From positions 1 to 32,000 of the forward strand of contig NZ_CP059216.1 of NCBI RefSeq assembly GCF_014252315.1: DNA of 32,000 nt, written 5' to 3'. A program made the translations under genes and the position numbers. Below, one piece after another: positions 18,704 to 28,636 of the stretch. Source of the stretch: Candidatus Saccharimonadota bacterium (GTDB taxonomy: Bacteria; Bacteroidota; Bacteroidia; Flavobacteriales; Blattabacteriaceae). The notes under the pieces are model-generated. The model was given only the letters and a program-made list of their open reading frames with translations. It had not been told where the DNA came from and did not search any database. Every line of letters begins with the position of its first letter. Position 1 is the first letter of the stretch.

Positions 18704-20469
18704 TAAATAAAATTAAAGAAAATAAAAAATATTCTTTAAAAGAATTTATTAATATTATTTTATATCACAAAACTATTTTAATATCAATAATATCAATATC
18801 AATATTTACTTCTTTAATATCAGCTTACCGTCCAAAATTAATACAAAAAGCAATAGATTCTCATATTATAAACAGAAATTTTATAGGATTTAGAAATTTA
18901 TTAATATTAAGTGTAATACTTTTATTTATAGAAAGTATATTTCAATTTATATTATTATACTTATCTAGTATTCTTTCTCAAAAAGTAATATCAAAAATTA
19001 GAATGTTATTATTTGAAAAATTAATTCATTTTAAAAGTTCTTTTTTTAATAAAACTCCATTAGGGAAAATAATTTCCTATTCAATATCAGATGTAGAAAC
19101 TATAAATGTTATATTTAATGATGGAATATTATTAATATCAGGAGATGTATTAAAAATTGTAATGATTATAATAATAATGTATACAATACATCATAAGTTA
19201 TCAATTATTGTATTACTTACTATTCCATTTATATATTTTATTACACGTTTATTTCAAAAAACTTTAAGAAAAACATTTCGTGAAGAAAGAATTTATACAT
19301 CACAATTAAATAGTTTTATTCAAGAAAACATTGTAGGAATGTTTATTATTCAATTGTTTCATAAAGAAAAAGAAAAATATTTAAAATTCAAATCAATTAA
19401 CAATAAATTGATGAATGCTCATATTAAAACAATATTTTATTTTTCTATTTTTTTTCCAGTAGTAGAACTACTTTCAGCTTTTACTATTAGTATGGTAATT
19501 TTTTATGGAGGAATTTATTCAATAAATAAAAATGAAATAAAACCTGGACAAATTATTGCTTTTATTTTTTTTATTTATCTTTTGTTTCGTCCTATGCGTC
19601 AAGTAGCAGATAGATTTAATATTATTCAAAGAGGTATAACAGGAATAGAACGTATTTTTTCAATATTGAATGATAATAATGAATATTCTGAAAAATTTAT
19701 ATGCAAAAAAAATTTAAATATAAAAAAAATTGAAGGTCATATTATATTTAATAATGTATATTTTTCATATTCAAAAAAAGAAAACATGATTTTAAATGGA
19801 ATATCTTTTGAAATCAATCCAGGAGAAAAAGTAGCTATAATAGGAAATACAGGCTCTGGTAAATCTACAATTGTTCAATTAATATCTAGATTTTACAATA
19901 TAAAAAAAGGGAATATATATATAGATAATCATTCTATTAATGATTTTAATTTAAATAATTTAAGATCTCATATAAAAATTGTTTCACAAAACACTTTTTT
20001 ATTTAATGACTCTATTTTAAATAATATAACATTGGGAAATCCCGAAATTAATATTAATATGGTAAAAAATATGGCTAAAAAAATTGGAATACATGATATG
20101 ATAAAATCATTTCCTAATGGATATAAATATATAGTAAGAGAAAGAGGTGGAATATTATCTCTAGGAGAAAAACAATTAATATCAATATTGAGAGTACAAA
20201 TGCATCCATACTCTATACTTATTTTTGATGAAGCAACAACATCATTAAATTATGAATTAGATAAAATGATTCAAAATGCTATAGATTTTATAACAAAAAA
20301 AAAAACATCAATAATTATTACTCATAGAGTATCTACATTAACAAATGTAGATAAAATTATAATTATAAATAAAGGTAATATAATAGAATATGGAACACAT
20401 AATGAATTAATTAATATAAACGGCGGATACTACTCTAGTTTATATAATAAAAAATCAATTATTAATTAA
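18700..20469 (+). CDS. ABC transporter, fused permease/ATP-binding protein (MsbA-like type I exporter)
   Basis: 589-aa ORF. Six-TM exporter domain followed by an NBD with Walker A GNTGSGKST, signature LSLGEKQL, Walker B LIFDEAT and H-loop ITHR. The ATGA overlap with the truA stop suggests translational coupling. Confidence 0.88.
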   Translation: MINKIKENKKYSLKEFINIILYHKTILISIISISIFTSLISAYRPKLIQKAIDSHIINRNFIGFRNLLILSVILLFIESIFQFILLYLSSILSQKVISKIRMLLFEKLIHFKSSFFNKTPLGKIISYSISDVETINVIFNDGILLISGDVLKIVMIIIIMYTIHHKLSIIVLLTIPFIYFITRLFQKTLRKTFREERIYTSQLNSFIQENIVGMFIIQLFHKEKEKYLKFKSINNKLMNAHIKTIFYFSIFFPVVELLSAFTISMVIFYGGIYSINKNEIKPGQIIAFIFFIYLLFRPMRQVADRFNIIQRGITGIERIFSILNDNNEYSEKFICKKNLNIKKIEGHIIFNNVYFSYSKKENMILNGISFEINPGEKVAIIGNTGSGKSTIVQLISRFYNIKKGNIYIDNHSINDFNLNNLRSHIKIVSQNTFLFNDSILNNITLGNPEININMVKNMAKKIGIHDMIKSFPNGYKYIVRERGGILSLGEKQLISILRVQMHPYSILIFDEATTSLNYELDKMIQNAIDFITKKKTSIIITHRVSTLTNVDKIIIINKGNIIEYGTHNELININGGYYSSLYNKKSIIN

Positions 20470-20487
20470 TTTAAAAATTAATATTTT

Positions 20488-21837
20488 TCATAATGTATCA
20501 TAATATATTTTTTTTAGCATTTCTTTTGCCCAATTTATTATGAAATATTTTTTTTTAATGTTTTTTACAATACTTTTTAAATATATATAATCCATATACC
20601 TATTTATAGGTCTTTTATCAATAAAATCTAAAATTTTTATAATAAAAAAGACTTGTTTTCCATTTAAATATACCGGAATTACTTGAGATAAACTATTTTT
20701 TTTTAAAAATTTTATATTTTTTATAATACTTGAAATATTATTTTGATCAACCCATACTTTATTTTTAATAAAAATATTTATCGAATTATTAAATTTTTCT
20801 TTTTTAATATTAAAATCTTTTATATTTCCGTTATAATTATAATTTATTTTATCTCTTAATAAATTTGCAAATAATTGTGTTTTTATAATTTCTTTTTTTG
20901 AAAAATTTTTTTTTATAAAAATATGTCTTATTCCAAATTCATCTTTTTTCTTATCTACATATTCTAATTTTATCAAATGATATCCAAAATTAGTTTCAAA
21001 AGGTTCAGTTATTTCTTTCTCTTTCATAGAAAAAATTATATTTTTAATATATTTTGAAAATTGATATGATTTAACTTTCTTAATTATACATCCACTTACA
21101 CTAAAAATAGGATCATCTAATAAAATATAAGAACAAGGATCAGAACTAAAACGTAATTTTTTTCTTATTTTATTCAAATAATCAAAAATTTTATTTCTAC
21201 TTAATATATTATTCATTACAGGACTAATAACTATATATGAAATCATATATTTTTTTGTAATAATAGGTAAACTATTCTTTTTATTTTCAAATAAGTATTT
21301 AATTTCTTCAGGATAAACTACTATATTTTTAGTAATATATTGATTTACTTGTTCTACATATTGTTTGTTTTTTGTTATATATATTAATTTTTCTATAAAT
21401 TCTTTTTTATTATTAATTATTGTTTTAAAAAATTTTTTTTTGTTTGATTTATCAAACTTACTTAGTATAATATCAAATATATTTTGAATGTTTTCTTCTA
21501 TATTTTGATCTATTAATTTCATATTATTAGTCTTAGCATAATGAATCATTAATTTTTGAATAATTAAATCATTATTAAATAATGATTCATTTGAAAATAA
21601 TGATCTGCAAAATTTTTTATTTGAATACAAAAAATTTTCGTTAATATTATTTCTTTTTTTTAATTCAGAATTTAATATAATTTCATTTCCAACTATAGTA
21701 TTTATAGATTCTATTTTATCATATTTTTTAATTGGAATAGAAGCCTTATTAATATTGTTATTTGAAAAAGAAAAAATACAACAAAATAAAAATATCATAA
21801 TAAAAACTGTAAAATTATTCTTATTTAAAACTACCAT
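20488..21837 (-). CDS. Periplasmic peptidyl-prolyl isomerase / chaperone (SurA-like, parvulin type)
   Basis: 449-aa ORF with an N-terminal signal-like hydrophobic segment (FTVFIMIFLFCCIFSFS) and one parvulin-type PPIase signature (TNFGYHLIKLE). The rest is highly diverged, so the assignment is moderate. Confidence 0.65.
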   Translation of the reverse strand: MVVLNKNNFTVFIMIFLFCCIFSFSNNNINKASIPIKKYDKIESINTIVGNEIILNSELKKRNNINENFLYSNKKFCRSLFSNESLFNNDLIIQKLMIHYAKTNNMKLIDQNIEENIQNIFDIILSKFDKSNKKKFFKTIINNKKEFIEKLIYITKNKQYVEQVNQYITKNIVVYPEEIKYLFENKKNSLPIITKKYMISYIVISPVMNNILSRNKIFDYLNKIRKKLRFSSDPCSYILLDDPIFSVSGCIIKKVKSYQFSKYIKNIIFSMKEKEITEPFETNFGYHLIKLEYVDKKKDEFGIRHIFIKKNFSKKEIIKTQLFANLLRDKINYNYNGNIKDFNIKKEKFNNSINIFIKNKVWVDQNNISSIIKNIKFLKKNSLSQVIPVYLNGKQVFFIIKILDFIDKRPINRYMDYIYLKSIVKNIKKKYFIINWAKEMLKKIYYDTL

Positions 21838-21939
21838 AATTGATATTTATTATATATTTACAATTTATTAATTATATGTTATTTAGATAAATATAAATAC
21901 ATAATCGTTATTAAAAATAAATTTTATTTTATAAATAAT

Positions 21940-22674
21940 ATGATATTAGAAGCAAAAAATATATATAAAAAATATAAAAATAAATATGTAGTTAAAAATG
22001 TATCAATAAAATTAAATCAAGGAGAAATTGTTGGATTAGTAGGACCAAATGGCGCTGGAAAAACAACTTCCTTTTATATAATAACAGGACTTATTAAGCC
22101 TGATAATGGAAAAATTTTTATTGGAAAAGATAACATAACTAAATCACCTTTATATATACGTTCCAGAAAAGGAATTGGATATCTATCTCAAGATTCATCT
22201 ATATTCAAAAAATTAACTGTAGAAGAAAATATATTATGCATATTGGAAATGCATAAAAAATATTATAAAAAAAAAATAGAAATTACCAAAAAATTAATTA
22301 AAGAATTTAATTTACAAAATATTAAAAATAATAAAGGGGACTCTATTTCTCTAGGTGAAAGAAGAAGGACAGAAATTGCTAGATGTTTAGCAATAAATCC
22401 TAAATTTATACTATTAGATGAACCATTTTATGGAATTGATCCTATAACAATATACGATTTTCAAAAAATACTTTTTTCTTTAAAAAAAAAAAATATAGGA
22501 ATATTAATAACCGATCATAATATACAAGAAGTATTTACAGTAACAGATCGTATTTATTTAATGCATAATGGTGAAATATTAAAACATGGAAATTCAGAAA
22601 AAGTAATTAAAAGCCAATTAACAAAAAAAATTTATTTAGGAAATTATTCTATAATTAAAAAAAAAATTAATTAA
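21940..22674 (+). CDS. lptB: LPS export ABC transporter ATP-binding protein LptB
   Basis: 244-aa stand-alone NBD. Walker A GPNGAGKTT. LptB-typical GIGYLSQDSSIFKKLTVEENI and ...GERRRTEIARCLA. Walker B LLDEP and H-loop ITDHN. The signature motif is atypical (SISLGE instead of SLSGGE). Confidence 0.85.
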   Translation: MILEAKNIYKKYKNKYVVKNVSIKLNQGEIVGLVGPNGAGKTTSFYIITGLIKPDNGKIFIGKDNITKSPLYIRSRKGIGYLSQDSSIFKKLTVEENILCILEMHKKYYKKKIEITKKLIKEFNLQNIKNNKGDSISLGERRRTEIARCLAINPKFILLDEPFYGIDPITIYDFQKILFSLKKKNIGILITDHNIQEVFTVTDRIYLMHNGEILKHGNSEKVIKSQLTKKIYLGNYSIIKKKIN

Positions 22675-22677
22675 TAA

Positions 22678-23295
22678 GTGATAAATCATAGATTTAAAGA
22701 TCCTGAAATTGATCTGTTCCTTAATGGAAATCCTCCAATAATAAACAACTTTTCGTTTAAAAATATATTTGCAGTAGATGGTGCATATTGTTATTTAAAA
22801 AAAAATAAATTACAAGCAGATTATATTAGTGGTGATTTTGACTCTATTAATAATAATATTATGGATGCAAAAAAGTCAATATTTAATACACCTAATCAAG
22901 AATACACAGATTTTGATAAAGCTTTAAATATAATATTTAAAAAAGGATTCAGAAATATAAATGTTTGGGGAGCTAGTGGAAAAGAACAGGATCATTTTTT
23001 AGGAAATCTTTCTATAGCACTTAAATATAAAAAAAAATTATCTATTATATTTTATGATTATTATCATTCGTTTTTTTTTCTAGAAAAAAAATCTTCTTTT
23101 TTTGTGGGTAAAAATAAAATAATATCTCTTTTTCCATTTCCTAAAGTTTCAGGATTAATAACTAAAGGATTAAAATATTATACAAAGAATAGCATGGAAA
23201 TTGGAAAATATATTGGAATAAGAAACAAATCTATTAAAAACGAAATAAAAATATTTTATAAAAAAGGAGAATTATTAATATTTATAGAAAATTAA
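22678..23295 (+). CDS. Thiamine pyrophosphokinase
   Basis: 205-aa ORF with a GTG start. LFLNGNPP, GDFDSI and WGASGKEQDHFLGNL match the TPK catalytic domain. A C-terminal beta-rich thiamin-binding-like region follows. Confidence 0.75.
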   Translation: MINHRFKDPEIDLFLNGNPPIINNFSFKNIFAVDGAYCYLKKNKLQADYISGDFDSINNNIMDAKKSIFNTPNQEYTDFDKALNIIFKKGFRNINVWGASGKEQDHFLGNLSIALKYKKKLSIIFYDYYHSFFFLEKKSSFFVGKNKIISLFPFPKVSGLITKGLKYYTKNSMEIGKYIGIRNKSIKNEIKIFYKKGELLIFIEN

Positions 23296-23302
23296 TTTTT
23301 TT

Positions 23303-24226
23303 TTAAATATTTAATTTATTTATAACTTTTTTTATATGATTTGCTGATTCATGTAATAAATTAAATTCTTTGTTATTTAATTTTAATTCTATAACTCTTT
23401 CTACCCCATTTTTTCCTAAAATTACCGGTACTCCTAAAAACAAATTATTTATATCATATTCACCATTTAGTAATGCAGAACAACAAAATAACTTTCTGGA
23501 ATTTTTTAATATAGATTTAATCATTTCTACAATAGAAATAGATGGAGCCATCCATGCTGATGTTCCTAAATAATTTACTATTTCTTCTCCACCTTTTTTT
23601 GTTCTACTTACTATTTTTTCATTTTCTTTCTCAGTTAAAAATTCTTTTAAAGGAATTCCTTCTATAGAAGAATATCTATATAAAGGGACCATTTTATCTC
23701 CATGACCTCCTAATAACAAAGATTGAATACTAGAACATGATATATTTAATTTTTTTGATAAAAAAAATTTATATCTTGCAATATCTAATATTCCAGCCAT
23801 TCCAATAACCTTTTTATAATCAATTTTTAATGTTATATAACTAACATAAGTCATTATATCAAGTGGATTAGAAACGATTATAAATTTTGCATTTGGAGAA
23901 AAAATTAATGAATTTTTTGCTGCAGAACATATAATTTTTGCATTTATATTTAATAAATCATCTCTATTCATTCCTTGTTTTCTTGTAATACCACAAGTAA
24001 TAACTATTATATCTGAATTTTTTGATTTTGAATAATCATTAGTATATCCATATACTACTGTATCAGATTTAACAACACTTAACATTTGAGATATATCTAA
24101 ACTTTTTCCTTCTGATACTCCTTTATTAATATCTAATAAAACAATTTGTTCTACTATATTTTTACAAGCTAATAGACAGGCACATTGTCCTCCTACATTT
24201 CCAGATCCTATAATAGTTACTTTCAT
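23303..24226 (-). CDS. mdh: Malate dehydrogenase (LDH-like family)
   Basis: MKVTIIGSGNVGG Rossmann start at 24226. GITRKQGMNRDDLL, SNPLD and LGGHGD motifs. The ORF track extends 12 codons further upstream (to 24262), but the conserved N-terminus begins at the second Met. Confidence 0.92.
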   Translation of the reverse strand: MKVTIIGSGNVGGQCACLLACKNIVEQIVLLDINKGVSEGKSLDISQMLSVVKSDTVVYGYTNDYSKSKNSDIIVITCGITRKQGMNRDDLLNINAKIICSAAKNSLIFSPNAKFIIVSNPLDIMTYVSYITLKIDYKKVIGMAGILDIARYKFFLSKKLNISCSSIQSLLLGGHGDKMVPLYRYSSIEGIPLKEFLTEKENEKIVSRTKKGGEEIVNYLGTSAWMAPSISIVEMIKSILKNSRKLFCCSALLNGEYDINNLFLGVPVILGKNGVERVIELKLNNKEFNLLHESANHIKKVINKLNI

Positions 24227-24308
24227 ATTTATATTTTTTTTGTCTATTAAATATAAATACAATATTTCATTATATTAGTAATGATCTTACGGAATTACAA
24301 AACAAATT

Positions 24309-27200
24309 ATGAAAAAGGAAAAAGATTATCTCAATAAAGATAGTTTTTGTTATAGACATATAGGCCCCTCTATAGAGGATATTAGAAATATGTTATTAAC
24401 ACTAAAATGTTCTTCTATAAAAGATTTTATTAAAAAAACTATTCCTAAAGAAGTACTTATAAATAAAAAAATAAAAATTCCATCAGAAATATCTGAATAC
24501 CAATATTTAACACACATAGATACAATTGGAAAAAAAAATAAAATATATAAATCATATATAGGATTAGGATACAAAAATACTATCACTCCAAGTGTTATAC
24601 AAAGAAATATTCTAGAAAATCCTGGATGGTATACACCTTATACACCTTATCAATCTGAAATATCTCAAGGACGTATGGAAGCATTAATGAATTTTCAAAC
24701 TATGATTTCAGATCTTACAGGAATGAAAATAAGTAATGCATCTATGTTAGATGAATCTTCAGCCGCCGGAGATGCGTTATTTATGGTTTATAATGAAAAA
24801 AATAATATTGATAACAACTATTCCTTTTTTGTTTCAAATGAAGTTTTACCTCAAGTAAAAAATGTATTAAAAACAAGATGTTTCGGTCTAGGAATTAGGT
24901 TAATTGAGGATTCACATGAAGAATTAACTAAAAAATATAGTAACACTAAATTATTTGGAGTTATTCTTCCATATCCATCTTGTTTAGGTGAAATATATGA
25001 TTATTCAAATATAATTAAATATTTAAAAGAAAAAGATATTTCAATAATAATGTCTGCTGATTTATTTGCTTTAACTTTATTAAAATCACCTGGAGAATTA
25101 GGAGCTGATGTAGTAGTTGGATCTACTCAATCTTTTGGAATACCAATGGGATATGGGGGACCATATGCCGCATTTTTTTCTACTAATGAAAAATATAAAA
25201 GATTTATTCCTGGAAGAATTATTGGATTATCTATAGATAAAAGAAATAAAAAGGCATTTAGAATGGCATTACAAACCAGAGAACAACATATAAAAAGAGA
25301 AAAAGCTACTTCTAATATTTGTACTTCACAAAATTTACTTGCTATTATGTCTTCTATGTATTCTTTATATCATGGAAAAGAAGGATTAATTAAAATAGCA
25401 AAAAAAATATATAATTATACTCATAATTTAGAATTATTATTATTAAAAAATAATTATACTAATATAGTTCAATTAAACAAAAATTATTTTGATACTATTA
25501 GAATAAGGACTGATTCTATATTAATAAAAAAAATTAAAGAAATATCAAAAAGAAAAAAAACTAACTTTAGATATATTAATAAAAATATTTTATCTATTAC
25601 GTTAGATGAAACATCTAATATAATAGATATAAATCATATATTATCAATATTTTATGAATCATGTCATAGAGTTAAAGTTCCATATAAAAAAGTAAATAAT
25701 ATATTTTTAAATAAAAAACATAAAATACCTTCTTATTTAAAAAGAAAATCAAATTTTCTAGAAAATAGAATATTTCATAAGTATCATTCAGAAACAGAAT
25801 TAATGCGTTATATAAAACGATTAGAAAAAAAAGACATTTCTTTAAATCATTCTATGATACCATTAGGATCTTGCACAATGAAACTAAATGCATCTACAGA
25901 ACTATTTGCTTTAACACAAAAACAATGGAAAGATATTCATCCATTTTCTCCTGAAAATCAAACACATGGATATAATTTTATTATAAAAAATATAAAAAAA
26001 TATCTAAAAGAAATAACAGGACTTCCTGGAATTTCTTTACAACCAAATTCAGGGGCTCAAGGAGAATATGCTGGACTTATGGTTATAAAACAATATTATT
26101 ATTCATTAGGAGAAAAAAATAGAAATATTGCTCTAATTCCTGATTCTTCTCATGGAACTAATCCAGCTTCTGCAAGAATGGCTGGAATGAAAGTAATTTT
26201 AATTCGTACAAAATCTAACGGATTTATTGATATACAAGATTTACAAGAAAAATCAAAAATTTATTCACATAAATTATGTGTACTTATGATTACATATCCA
26301 TCTGTATACGGTATATATGAAATACATATAAAAAAAATTAATAAAATTATTCACAAATTTGGTGGACAAATTTATATGGATGGAGCAAACATGAATGCTC
26401 AAGTTGGATTAATAAAACCTTCAGATTTAGGAATAGACATATGTCACATAAATCTTCATAAAACATTTGCTATACCACATGGAGGTGGTGGTCCAGGGAT
26501 GGGACCAATTTGTGTTAAATCTCATTTAATTCCTTTTCTTCCAATTCATCCACTTGAAAATAATAATAATAATAAAAAATCTATAATAACTATATCTTCA
26601 TCTCCATATGGATCTTCTCTTATATTAACTATTTCATATGCATATATTCGTATGTTAGGATATAGTGGATTAAAAATATGTACAGAAATATCATTATTGA
26701 ATGCTAATTATATTAAGGAAAAAATAAAAAATTATTATAAAATATTATATTTTGGAAAAAATAATATGGTAGCTCATGAATTAATAATAGATTGTAGATC
26801 ATTTAAATCAATAGAAATTGAAGTAACAGACATTGCAAAAAGAATGATGGATTATGGATTCCATGCTCCAACAATATCATTCCCAGTAGAAGGATGTATG
26901 ATGATAGAACCTACGGAAAGTGAATCAAAAGAAGAAATTGATCGATTTATCGAAACTCTTATAAAAATACGTGAAGAAATTATAGAAATAGAATGTGGAA
27001 AATTTGATAAAAAAAATAATGTTATAAAAAATGCTCCACATAGTATATATACTATAACAAATGATATATGGAAATATCCTTATAGTAGAGAAAAAGCTGC
27101 ATATCCATTAAAATGGATAAAAGATAGAAAATTTTGGCCGTCAATAGACCGTGTTAATGATAGCTATGGAGATAGAAATTTAATTTGCGTTTGTACATAA
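24309..27200 (+). CDS. gcvP: Glycine dehydrogenase (decarboxylating), glycine cleavage system P protein (single-chain form)
   Basis: 963-aa ORF. RHIGPS near the N-terminus, NPGWYTPYTPYQSEISQGRMEAL, and the PLP-lysine region HINLHKTFAIPHGGGGPG. The length is typical of fused alpha-beta GcvP. Confidence 0.95.
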   Translation: MKKEKDYLNKDSFCYRHIGPSIEDIRNMLLTLKCSSIKDFIKKTIPKEVLINKKIKIPSEISEYQYLTHIDTIGKKNKIYKSYIGLGYKNTITPSVIQRNILENPGWYTPYTPYQSEISQGRMEALMNFQTMISDLTGMKISNASMLDESSAAGDALFMVYNEKNNIDNNYSFFVSNEVLPQVKNVLKTRCFGLGIRLIEDSHEELTKKYSNTKLFGVILPYPSCLGEIYDYSNIIKYLKEKDISIIMSADLFALTLLKSPGELGADVVVGSTQSFGIPMGYGGPYAAFFSTNEKYKRFIPGRIIGLSIDKRNKKAFRMALQTREQHIKREKATSNICTSQNLLAIMSSMYSLYHGKEGLIKIAKKIYNYTHNLELLLLKNNYTNIVQLNKNYFDTIRIRTDSILIKKIKEISKRKKTNFRYINKNILSITLDETSNIIDINHILSIFYESCHRVKVPYKKVNNIFLNKKHKIPSYLKRKSNFLENRIFHKYHSETELMRYIKRLEKKDISLNHSMIPLGSCTMKLNASTELFALTQKQWKDIHPFSPENQTHGYNFIIKNIKKYLKEITGLPGISLQPNSGAQGEYAGLMVIKQYYYSLGEKNRNIALIPDSSHGTNPASARMAGMKVILIRTKSNGFIDIQDLQEKSKIYSHKLCVLMITYPSVYGIYEIHIKKINKIIHKFGGQIYMDGANMNAQVGLIKPSDLGIDICHINLHKTFAIPHGGGGPGMGPICVKSHLIPFLPIHPLENNNNNKKSIITISSSPYGSSLILTISYAYIRMLGYSGLKICTEISLLNANYIKEKIKNYYKILYFGKNNMVAHELIIDCRSFKSIEIEVTDIAKRMMDYGFHAPTISFPVEGCMMIEPTESESKEEIDRFIETLIKIREEIIEIECGKFDKKNNVIKNAPHSIYTITNDIWKYPYSREKAAYPLKWIKDRKFWPSIDRVNDSYGDRNLICVCT

Positions 27201-27209
27201 TAATTTTTT

Positions 27210-28238
27210 CTAAAATTTTCTAAATTTAGAATAAGGAGAAACATTAATAGAATCAAATATTTTTTCTCTATATTTAAATAAACCATTAATAGCAATCATT
27301 GCTCCATTATCAGTGGATAATTTTTTTTTAGGAATAAATAATTCCCATTTATTTTTTTTACAAAAACTAATAAATTCATTTCTTATCATATTATTAGCAG
27401 AGACTCCTCCTGCCAATACTATTCTACAAATATTAGTTTTCATAACAGCCATATTCATTTTATTTAATAAAATATTTGTTATCAACTTTTGTATTGAAGC
27501 ACATAAATCAAATATATTTTTTTTTATAAAAAGAGGATTATTAATTGATCTACAATCAACAAATTTATTAATATAACTTTTTATTCCACTAAAACTAAAA
27601 TTAAGATCTTTTACTGATGGAATTGGAAATTTAAATTTTTGAGAATTTCCATATTTAGAAAACATATCTATAGTAGATCCTCCTGGATAATTAAATCCAA
27701 ACTTTATTGCAATTTTATCTAATACTTCTCCAACCGCATTATCTAATGTAGATCCTAATATTTTCATATTAAAATAATCATTAACTTGTATAATTTGAGT
27801 ATGTCCTCCACTTATAACCAAAGCTAAAAATGGAAACTGTGGTTCACAATTATTAATATTTGCATTTTTTATAAAATGAACAAGAATATGAGCTTTTATA
27901 TGATCAACAGTTATAATAGGAATATTTAATCCTAATGCTAGAGATTTTGAAAAAGAACATCCAACTAATAAAGATGCTATTAATCCTGGTCCTATTGTAA
28001 ATGAAACTGCATCAAGTTGAGTTTTTTTTATGTTTGCTAATAAAAAAGATTTTTCAACTGCTATAGATAAATTTTTTTCATGCATTTTTGCTGCTAGTTC
28101 TGGAACTACTCCTCCATAATTTTTATGAATATTCTGATGAATAATAACATTAGATAAAATATTGTTACATTTTATTATTGATACAGCAGTTTCATCACAT
28201 GATGATTCAATACCAATAATTATTGGATTTTTTTTCAT
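27210..28238 (-). CDS. tsaD: tRNA N6-adenosine threonylcarbamoyltransferase TsaD (Kae1/Gcp family)
   Basis: 342-aa ORF with IIGIESSCDETAVSII, GPGLIASLLVG, VDHIKAHI, LVISGGHTQ and LAGGVSAN motifs. Confidence 0.92.
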   Translation of the reverse strand: MKKNPIIIGIESSCDETAVSIIKCNNILSNVIIHQNIHKNYGGVVPELAAKMHEKNLSIAVEKSFLLANIKKTQLDAVSFTIGPGLIASLLVGCSFSKSLALGLNIPIITVDHIKAHILVHFIKNANINNCEPQFPFLALVISGGHTQIIQVNDYFNMKILGSTLDNAVGEVLDKIAIKFGFNYPGGSTIDMFSKYGNSQKFKFPIPSVKDLNFSFSGIKSYINKFVDCRSINNPLFIKKNIFDLCASIQKLITNILLNKMNMAVMKTNICRIVLAGGVSANNMIRNEFISFCKKNKWELFIPKKKLSTDNGAMIAINGLFKYREKIFDSINVSPYSKFRKF

Positions 28239-28311
28239 AAGTAACTTAAACTATTATATTATAATTTATTATTTTATTGTAATTTATCATGATTACAATT
28301 ATAAAAAATTA

Positions 28312-28343
28312 TTTGTTTATTTAATATATCTACTTTAGATTTG
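28312..28343 (+). promoter_or_regulatory. Candidate Bacteroidota-type promoter for the tRNA cluster (-33 TTTG / -7 TAnnTTTG)
   Basis: TTTG at 28312..28315 and TAGATTTG at 28336..28343, separated by 20 nt. The -7 box ends 20 nt upstream of tRNA-Ser. This matches the published Bacteroides/Flavobacterium sigma-A consensus. It is a motif match only, in AT-rich DNA. Confidence 0.3.
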
Positions 28344-28363
28344 TGTGTATAATAAGTTGTTTT

Positions 28364-28454
28364 GGAGAATTGCCGGAGTGGTTAACGGAACAGTCTGCTA
28401 AACTGTCGATATATTTAAATTATTATCGCGTGGGTTCGAATCCCACATTCTCCG
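28364..28454 (+). tRNA. tRNA-Ser (anticodon GCU)
   Basis: Hand-folded cloverleaf. Acceptor GGAGAAT/ATTCTCC. Anticodon stem ACAGT/ACTGT with loop CTGCTAA. Long variable arm (CGATA...TATCG). T-arm GTGGG-TTCGAAT-CCCAC. Discriminator G. No encoded CCA. Confidence 0.9.
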
Positions 28455-28471
28455 CAACAAAAATAAAAATT

Positions 28472-28546
28472 CGGGGTATGGCGTAGTTTGGTTATCGCGC
28501 CTGGTTTGGGACCAGGAGGTCGTAGGTTCAAATCCTACTACCCCGA
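28472..28546 (+). tRNA. tRNA-Pro (anticodon UGG)
   Basis: Acceptor CGGGGTA/TACCCCG. Anticodon stem CCTGG/CCAGG with loop TTTGGGA. T-arm GTAGG-TTCAAAT-CCTAC. 75 nt. No encoded CCA. Confidence 0.9.
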
Positions 28547-28562
28547 TATTATTTTTTAATTA

Positions 28563-28636
28563 GGTCACGTAGCTCAAATGGATAGAGCAACTGCCTTCTA
28601 AGCAGTAGGCTACAGGTTCGAATCCTGTCGTGATCA
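28563..28636 (+). tRNA. tRNA-Arg (anticodon UCU)
   Basis: Acceptor GGTCACG/CGTGATC with a G2:U71 wobble. Anticodon stem ACTGC/GCAGT with loop CTTCTAA. T-arm ACAGG-TTCGAAT-CCTGT. 74 nt. No encoded CCA. Confidence 0.9.

Noticed and set aside
24227-24262. 12-codon N-terminal extension of mdh (MYLYLIDKKNIN) in the ORF track
   Set aside because: The conserved Rossmann-fold N-terminus (MKVTIIGSGNVGG) begins at the second Met (24226). The extension is most likely untranslated promoter or leader sequence shared with the divergent gcvP.
26557-26580. AAT/AAA run encoding ENNNNNKKS inside gcvP, considered as a possible microsatellite or insertion
   Set aside because: It is in frame, lies in a loop between conserved blocks (…PIHPL / ITISSSPYGS…), and fits AT-driven low-complexity drift rather than a discrete inserted element.
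28276-28299. Perfect 8-bp inverted repeat ATTGTAAT-N8-ATTACAAT, with an inner ATCATGAT palindrome, between tsaD and the tRNA cluster. It could be an operator or a terminator.
   Set aside because: The stem is only 8 bp and A/T-rich, in DNA where such repeats arise by chance. No flanking U-tract on either strand. No second copy seen in the window. No regulator gene nearby. This is not enough evidence to call a regulatory site.
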